Below, piece by piece: positions 55,319-64,000 of a stretch of DNA of 64,000 bases (position 1 is the stretch's first letter; every line of letters begins with the position of its first letter). Source of the stretch: the human T2T-CHM13v2.0 reference genome, Homo sapiens; assembly GCF_009914755.1 (NCBI RefSeq), contig NC_060926.1; one strand, 5' to 3'. A program made the translations under genes and the position numbers. The notes under the pieces are model-generated. The model had not been told where the DNA came from and did no database searches. It saw only the letters and a list, made by a program, of their open reading frames with translations.

Positions 55319-58300
55319 AGGAAGCGCGATGCTGGAACACATCCCTGCCTCCGGGAAGTGTGGCTCTCCCCCAACCCTCCCCACCGTCCCCCCTTCACTA
55401 AACATCTTTCTTGCCTTATGTGCCCCATTGAGCTTCACAGTGTCAGGCTGGACGCCGTGATTTCAGGGACCTATGTCACAATGTTCGCTGAGGCCCCAGG
55501 TGTGGTGGGGAGGGGAGGCAGGTGTGGGTAGCGCACATCCCCACAGATCAATCTCTGCAGATGACAGGGAGGTGCTGTGAGAAGTGCACCAGGCAGCTTT
55601 CTCTCTGTGGTAGACTAGGCATGTCTGGGGATGGCCTAAGAGACTTTCTGCTCCTTGGCTTCTAGATGGCACCATGTTGTCAGAGAAGTCTTTTAAGGAC
55701 TGCCACTCTCTTCAGACAGAATCTGATTATTCCAGCTTGAGAGAAGCACTCTGTTTATGACAACTGTTTTTATTACTAATGGCATTTAGTAAAATCCTTT
55801 TTAGAAGGTATTTTTTTTCCAACTGAGTAGTGAAAATCAACAAGGTGCATATAAACCATCCTATGCCTTTCTTGAAATGTGCATTTTAAGAAGTTATAGT
55901 TAAACGACTTTTCAGGAGATTTAGAAAGCCTTATGCACTCTTTGTGTTTTTCTTGAAACTTGCTGTAGTAACTTTTTGAACGCTGTAAGCTGTGTACTGT
56001 TATAAGTGTGCTTCCTATATTGTTGCATTTCCTTGATAATATTGACGTGTTTAAAGGAACATCTCATCTCCATTAGATTTGCCTTTTGTTGTTTTCTCTC
56101 TTTGGTGATTCAGCTCAGCTCATGGGCCTCATCCCTTCTCTCCTAGGTAGCAGAAAACGCTTTTTATTGTATTCAATCCCACTGCTTTGCTCGGCAATGG
56201 TTCTCCTCCGAATTGCTGCCGTCTGGCCTCTGGCCTCAGTCTTCAGATAGACAGTAAGAAGAAAGCAGCCTCATTGATCCGCAGATGTAGGGGCCTCTTG
56301 GCAGAGGCTGGAGGACTCTGGGGGCTAGGGAAGAGCCTGCCAGATTTTCACATTTTTAAAATGTTCTAGTCATTTTGAGAAATCATATATCTTACACAGT
56401 TCCAAGTCCTGTTGCTAACCGTTTTGCTCTTGTTGGGGAAAAGAACCTCCCATTTCACTTCGTTTTAACGTGGGGATTTTACCACTTGATCTTTTACAGG
56501 GCTGTCTGTGACCATTTCCATGGCAGCAGGATGCAGGGATTAATAAGGACACATACACATTATTCCACCAATTGACTTTGAAAAGTGGAGAAAGTGTATT
56601 CTTTAAAGAGAATTTACTTCTAAAAGCCACAGGTGCTTTTACAAAGCAAACTGCATTGAATTTAAAACTTCTAAAAATAACAGGCAAATATTGTAGCTAT
56701 ATTACAGTGGGATTTTAAAAATCTTGTTAAACATTCTATAAAGAAGTAAAACAAAATCCTTTTATCTCAGTTATTTGCCCATCACAAGCACATTTTTAAA
56801 ATGTTGCTTTGTGTGTGTTTGACTTCTGCATTTGAGTATCAGTCTCAGGTCCTAGTTTACTTTCCCTGGTTGGAAATTTATTTCTTATTTCCTAACATTG
56901 AATTCGTTAGAAGAAACAGCGTCACCTCACTCTTCACCTGTCATGTTGATTTTCCTTATGAACCCGAAGCCATTTAGAAAATCCCTATGTGTCAAAATTA
57001 CATTCAAAAAGCTCTCCTTGTAATTGCAAGTTTAGTAACTCAGTAAGAACATGCCTGCGACTCCCTTTCTGGATGGAACCTGGGCTGTGGCTCTCTGTCG
57101 TTTGTGGTGCTGTGATGGTGTCTACTGTTAGAATAGCTTTTCTGGAGGTGGGTGGCAACTCCACGCGGGAGTCATTGGCTGGGCTTGAGCCCTCAGCCTG
57201 TGATATGTGGATGCAGCTGTCCAGCCACTGCCCTTTAACATGCCCAGCACACATGGGAGGCCTGTGGCCCTGTGTCCAGTGGCCCACAGGACACGCCTCC
57301 ACCATATGCTCATCCTTCCTGCCTGAAATTGCTGCTGCCCATCGCATGAGCCCACACAGTAGCACCCCCGTCCTTAGGATGAGAGTCAGAGCCTTTGGAA
57401 AGGCTGCATCCCCAGGGCTAGAGCTCAGATGACCTTATTTCTAGAGGGACAGGCTGTTCTGTTGGAAGAGTCTCTGGCCCAGTCATGCACATCTGTAGCC
57501 CCAGCCATCCTTGTGCCTTCACCTCTGATGTGTTTCACAAGCACGTAGTTCAACCCAGATAGGGACCACAGAGATTCTGGGGCCAGCCAGGGGCAGTCAA
57601 ATTAGCACCTACTGGCTCTGACTTTTTGTATGAAGCATGCCTCAGTTTCCTCATTTTGATCTAGATATAAAATTAAAATTGTCCATTTCCTATATAAATA
57701 CCAGCAAGATCACTCTGAGATACATAAACTCGCATTTCCTTCTGTTTTAGTAAGGAGTGCCAGACTTATCTTTGATGGGAATACAGTATGAACCCTGCTT
57801 GATGTAAAATGGAAATAGCACACAGGCAGATGGCCCTGGGTTTGGACTTTGATCTTGCCATCATTCCCCAGTAAAACCTGGGGAGTTCTGCGTTGAGTGG
57901 ACGGACTTATTCCTGTGAAGCGGCATAATTTGTCTCCATTGAAAAATGGCATTCACTCTTACAGATGGTGTTCACTGCAAGCCCCAGAAGCATATGGCAT
58001 GTGTTCACTAAGAGGCCTTTAATCCTGGGGAGTAAGGGGCGAAGGCCCTTAGACAACCATGGCTGCTGTACTGCCGCCCAGGGTGGGTGGCCAGTGAGGA
58101 CTGGCCTTAGCCCAGTGGACCTGTGGCTTCTCTGAGGCCCTTGAGTAACTGACCACATTTGGAGGTTTTGCTGGAAATGCCTGACCTCTCAGTCTGGCTC
58201 TGCTGTGTAGTCCATAGCCCAGCCAGATGAGCTTGCAGCCTCATAGGAGGTCAGCACCTTGCAAAGATGCAGTCACCATAGATGTCCACGTAGCAGAGAC

Positions 58301-58425
58301 TGACTTAGGATCTGAGATAAAGCATCGGATTGCAGGAATAACTGTCCAAATTAGTTCTTCCTCCTCAACTCATAGGAGTAGCTGTGGACAGAGGAACCAA
58401 CATCTGCCACCTCTGGCATTTTCTT

Positions 58426-58747
<322 letters not shown>

Positions 58748-59147
58748 TGATCTTGACAACATATTATTCCATAAAACCAGTTTAGGGCACAGGCCAGTTC
58801 CTGATTAGAACACAGGACCTGTGGGAGGGACTATCAGAGATGCAAAAATTACTTCAAGATGAGTTTATTGTTTTCATTTGTATTGCAAAAGTTAGAAGTC
58901 ATTTTACAAATTAAAAAAACATTTTTTTCTTGGTAGTCTTTAAAAATTAGGGGATTGAAAGGATCCAGGATGGGCTTTGTGTGTGTGTCTCAGATTCTCA
59001 TTTATTAGTGAGCACACCTGTGTATATATATAAATCACAAGGAGATCATCAAGGGAAAACATTTTGCATGTGTAAAGCTTCATGAAGTTCTCTTTAAAAA
59101 ATACCAAAGCTTGTTTATTTCTGATAATTAACCTAAGCCCTTATGAA

Positions 59148-59722
59148 AATAAACAAAATGAAGGGATTATGACAGGTATTACCAAAAACACCAAAAGGAA
59201 CAAAGGGGCCTGCGTTAAAACCTAATTGCTAATGCTTCACAACTAGGAGAGCATGCCGTCTTGATGTTTAAAAAACCCAGGGTCTCCACCCTTCCTTTGA
59301 TTTGTGCAATTCTGTCTTCCACAGTTCCGGAGCCTTCAGTGAGGGGTAGCTACATGCCCCATGCCTGCCCTTTCTTTCCTTCTTTGCTCACTTTACTATG
59401 GGTGTATTTTAATCTTGTATAAAAATATGCATGAATGAGTCATGCACATGTATACGTTATGTATTTGACAAGTGGTGGTGAAACAAAATCAAAACAGATT
59501 TGATTTGTGTTTTTGAAATGTCAGTACATTTTGTGCCACTAACACTGTGATGTATAAAAGAGCTGTTTGAATGCCTTTTAATGTTGTGTTTTGTACTCTG
59601 GAATCATATGGAAAAAGTTTGATTTGTAATTTCAATACATATTTTAAATGTATTGTGTCTTACGTAGTTTGTCCCCCCCTTTAGCAGGGATTCCTTTTTA
59701 AAGCTATTTTGGCTGGAATACA
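59148..59722 (+). terminator. Candidate polyadenylation signals: AATAAA 59148-59153; variant AATACA 59634-59639 and 59717-59722
   Basis: Hexamers seen directly; the AATACA copies have upstream TGTA motifs and downstream GT/T-rich sequence. Confidence 0.45.
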
Positions 59723-60835
59723 GGTGACTTTTGTAAACCCCGCGTGGCTCCGTCTTTTGTAGATGCTTATCTGACTACTGGCCTGAAGATGGAAAATATT
59801 CTATCTTCAGTCTTCAATATTTAATCTATTGAAGATTGAAAATATTCAATGTGGGAACTGGGGGTGGAGGGAGAAAGGGTGAGGCAGGGGAGGGATCTTA
59901 TATCACTGGGAAAACAGCTCTTGTATCCTGAGATTTTCTGTTTTAGGAATGTTCTCAACTCCTAGATGCCAAAATTACTTGGTTTGTTGGGTGTATCAAC
60001 CCGTCCAGCCATTCCTGGCTCCCTCTTGTGGTGCCCAACCGGTACTGCAGCATCAGGAAGCATCTCATCCCCACTCAGGGCGCTCTGCTTCCATCCGCAA
60101 AGACAAGTTCCTTACAGACCTGTCACATTTTATGAGTTGCAGCATGAAAATCAGGAGGCATCCTTTATCTGCTGGGGGTGGGGAGAAAGTGGAATAAATA
60201 TGGATCCTTCTCATTTCGTAGGAGAGATAATAATGAGCTGAAGATGTGGTGGTTCACCTTGATTTTCATTCACCTCACTCCAGCTTGGAGGAGAATCTAT
60301 ACCTCATGCGTTCATATGATGCTCAAGTCTGGAATAGGCAACTGGTTCCTTGTCCTGTGTTTAAGTTTTAAATCCATTCTTTATATCTACAGGTGCACAT
60401 TAAGGGAGTGGATTTTGTTAACTGGTGATTCATAGTGGGCACTGAAGACTCAATATATCTGCCCTCAAGGAGCTCTTAGTCTCAAGGGGTTGACAGATAA
60501 GTCAGTCAATTATCATAAGAAGGTGGAATAAGTTCAATGGTAGACGCACGCTCAGCAGGCTTTGCGGGCACAGCACAGCCCTTCGGCCAGGCCGGAAGGT
60601 CAGGGAAAGCTGTCCAGAGGACGCCATGTATGAGCTCGCTCTTGTAGACAAGTAGGAACTAGCCAAGCAAAACTGAGAAGTGTGTTCAAAGGAAGGGCCC
60701 AGTTCAACAAGCGCACAGAGTTTGGTCCAACTGGCGTGTCGGGGTTGGAGAGTTACTCAAATGTCTGACCTGGTGGGGGCACAGTGTGCCGAACTCAGGA
60801 ACTGGACCTTCATGATAAAGGCTGTGTGGGAGGAG

Positions 60836-61275
60836 TGAGTTAGGGTCCTAGGGCTGCTGTCACAAAGGACCACACACCAGGGGCTACAACAACAGAGCTT
60901 TACTGTCTTCCAGGTCTGGAGGTTGGAAACTGAAGGTTCAGGTATCTGCAGGGCTGGAATCTTCTGAGAGCGGTAAGGAGGATGCCCGTGTTGCTCTGCA
61001 ACTTCCTGGTACTGCTGGCAGTCCTGGGTGTTCCTTGGCTGGTAGATGCACCCCCAGTCTCTGCCTGCAGGTTCCCACGGCGTTCTCCCTGTGTGCACGC
61101 CTGTGGACACAGCTCCTTCATCTAAGGGCAAAGTCATATTGGATTAGAGCCTACCCTGATGACCTCATCTTCACTCGATCATCTGCAAAGACCCTATTTA
61201 CAAATAAGGTCAAGTTCACAGGTTCTGGGGGTTAGGCTTCAACACTTTTTGTGGGAAACACAACTCACCTCCATA
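60836..61275 (-). mobile_element. MLT1 (B/C-like) MaLR LTR
   Basis: ctagggctgctgtcacaaag...tctggaggttggaa...atctgcaaagaccctatttacaaataaggtca. Confidence 0.78.
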
Positions 61276-62873
61276 GGAGGGAGCACGGACTCTGAGTGGG
61301 CTGTCTGGCCCCAGGGAGGTCAACCAGAGAAGGTGGACGGGTACAGCAGGTGGCGGGGCTCCGTTGCCGGTGGTGCTGCCTCAGGTGCAGTCCAGAAGCA
61401 GTTCTTCCCTACGCTGGGTTGCACATCAATTCTTGAAGCGGGCCTGGAATGTAGGAATTGCCCCCCCAGAAAACACTGCCAAAAAACAATGATGGTTAAG
61501 CAAAATAAATCCATATTTCTGTGTCTACCTAGGTACATATATTTGTTTCTAAAAATTGAAAAAGAAATTTGCCAGCAAAGAGTCTTATCAACTCTTAGAG
61601 GAACCCAAATTACAGGGCATAGAAGGTGGGAATGGCACAGACTTTGATAGCATGTGCTTATCTAGAAGGTATTTTAAACTTGACTTGTTTGCAGGAGGTA
61701 CATGAGAGATTATAACTGCTGATGTGGCTCGACCACAAGACAGTGTCCATTACTCAGCTCAGCTCAGCTCATCTCTGTCTATACCAGTGAGCAACTCAGC
61801 CATTTAAAAACAGCAATTGCTGCCCACGACCTGGTGTTGGCTACTCGCTCTTCTCTAGCTAAAGTCACCCAGGATGTACATTTTCGGATGAAGCCAACAT
61901 CGAATGGGGCCCAGAGCAGCAGGGTGGAGAGCTGCAGTGGCTGCTATAGCCAGGGAAGGCTGGAGCCACATCGCAGGAGGGTGACTTCCCGTGCATGTGA
62001 CAGCCTGGGAGCACCTGTTTCCTGTTTGAACATTGGGATAAAAAGTCTTGCACAGGATTTTTCTGAGGATAAATGAGGAAATGACAAGTAAAACATAGAG
62101 TACATTTTGGTGATAAAATATTAAGTTGCTCATGCAGTTCCACTGTGAATGTGGATGAGGCTCCCAACAAGGGTACCCACTCAGCACTCCTGCTTCAAGC
62201 ACAGAAGGACCCTCTTCCCTCCTGTTTTCCTTGTAGGACCTGAGAAACGAACAGCTCACATCATGGCTCATGCTACCCAGGGGTGCAAGGAAGTGGTTGT
62301 GCGTACAGCCTGTGGTTAATGCAAAGAAAAATGGAGTCAATATTTTCATATTGGAAAATCTGAATTTGCAGTATCAAAAGTCATTCACTTGTTCTCCTAG
62401 GCAACTATCTGGGTCTTTTTAAAATATATTTTTATTTATTCTTATTTTTTCTCACTGACTTAACAGAATTCATTCAGAACGTGAGTACATGTGATGTGTT
62501 TTTTACTGCACAAGAAAGATCCAACAAGGGGTAGTCTCTTCTCACTTCTCAGAATTTATCAGCTTATCACAACTTTTATGAAAAGCCCAAAATGCAAAAG
62601 GGAATAACGTTTCAAAAGCTTCTGACAGTTGGACTCCATGTTCCTTTTATCCAGGGGTTTAAGAAATTAACATTGTAAATAGGTTTTCATATTTGCCTGC
62701 TGTTATTGGACACATAGTGGTGACTTACTGAATGCCTGTCAGATAAAGGAATTAAACTCCTGTTGCTGGGGGTGTGTGTGTGCAAGAGCCTGTATGAAGT
62801 ACATGTGTGAGTGTGCATGTGTGTCTATGTGTGTGACTGTGTGTATGAATGTGTGTATTTGTAGTGTGGGAAG

Positions 62874-63212
62874 TGTATTAGTCCATTTTCATGCTGCTGA
62901 TTAAGACATCTGAGACTGGGAAGAAAAAGAGGCTTAATTGGACTTACAGTTCCACATGGCGGGGGAGGCCTCAGAGTCATGGTGGCTTCTTAAATGGCAG
63001 TGGCAAGAGAAAAATGAGGAAGAAGCAAAAGCAGAAAGCCCTGATAAACCCATCACATCTAGTGAGACTTCTTCACTATCACGAGAATAGCGCAGGAAAG
63101 ACCAGCACCAGTGATTCAAGTACCTTCCTCGGGGTCCCTCTCACAACATGTGGGAATTCTGAGATATACAATTCAAGTTGAGATTTTGGTGGGGACACAG
63201 CCAAACCAGTCA
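62874..63212 (-). mobile_element. THE1A-like MaLR LTR
   Basis: tgtattagtccattttcatgctgctgat...aattggacttacagttccacatggc...ggggacacagccaaacca. Confidence 0.85.
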
Positions 63213-64000
63213 CTTGGGATGGTTCAGCTACAAAAAAGCCTTATGCTTGAACTGGAGGTGTAGACAGTCCAGAAGCAAAAGCCTCAACTGTAGTTGGAAG
63301 AAATCCCTATTGTGAGCTGAGAACCTCTTCTGAGCCAGGCATTTGCTCACTGCTTTCCATGGGTTGTGTTTCATGCTCACAAAGCTGCGAGTCTTATCTT
63401 CATATCACTGGGGCTTGGAGAGGCCCATTTGCCACAAGTGACACCAAGGATAAGTGGCTGGTGAAGCTGGGAACCCAAGTCTGCCCTGCGGGGACCCAGT
63501 GTTCCTTCCACCACACATGGCTTCCCTGGGCCTCTTCCTGATTTACCCTGACTGGCACACAGAGACTTGTCTCAGCCATGTGGGGTGGTTTCCTTTCTGT
63601 TCCTGGGATAGTTTAAATCCTGCATCTGAAGATCGCATCCCAGGAGAAGAAACCCAGTCCTGTCTATTTTCAAGCCAGCAAGATGAATGAGAAAAATGAG
63701 CTCAGGAAATCCTGAGGGGGAAATAGCTGCTCTCAGGCACACCCGTACGATCTCAGATGATTTCAGAGATTACAGGCAAAACATGGCTCATCTCCACCTT
63801 CAGATAATCGCATACACAAGGACCTTCCAGGGGATAAGCATCAGGTGGGAGATGGTGCCCATTGCAGGACAAACACTGCGCTTCCTGAATCAACATGTTG
63901 TTCACAGGAGAAACTAATTATCAAAACCACCCTGGGACGTAAACTATTATTATCACAATTCTTCACTTTAGGCAAGAAAATTAAGGCTTAGAATCATTAA

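Noticed and set aside
55412-57519. miR-124-type seed matches in the 3' UTR (TGCCTTA 55412-55418, GTGCCTT 57513-57519)
   Set aside because: Seven-mer matches are common in a 4-kb UTR; conservation data would be needed.

Overview
Primate (human-like) genomic DNA containing the complete coding region and long 3' UTR of RNF144A, a single-pass membrane RBR-family E3 ubiquitin ligase, on the + strand. Seven coding exons (12384-12518, 29910-30014, 30168-30228, 35929-36136, 39824-39971, 45582-45671, 55187-55318) splice in frame to a 292-aa protein with RING1-IBR-RING2-TM architecture. The promoter and upstream non-coding exon(s) are not seen here, so the window appears to begin inside an intron. The rest is intronic or downstream DNA with Alu, L1M, L2, MIR, MaLR/ERVL LTRs, DNA transposon relics, microsatellites and minisatellites. 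Nearly all ORFs in the supplied track are spurious. I see no evidence for a new multi-gene system. The most notable features are a GC-AG intron after an in-frame skippable exon, a 51-bp near-perfect inverted repeat that I cannot assign to any transposon, a (TG)21 tract next to a donor site whose read-through encodes an alternative hydrophobic tail, a 27-bp x12 CpG-rich VNTR, two Alus stacked at one insertion site, a ~97-bp higher-order GGAT repeat before the last exon, and competing hairpins near the probable 3' end. Repeat subfamily names are recalled from consensus sequences and were not computed.
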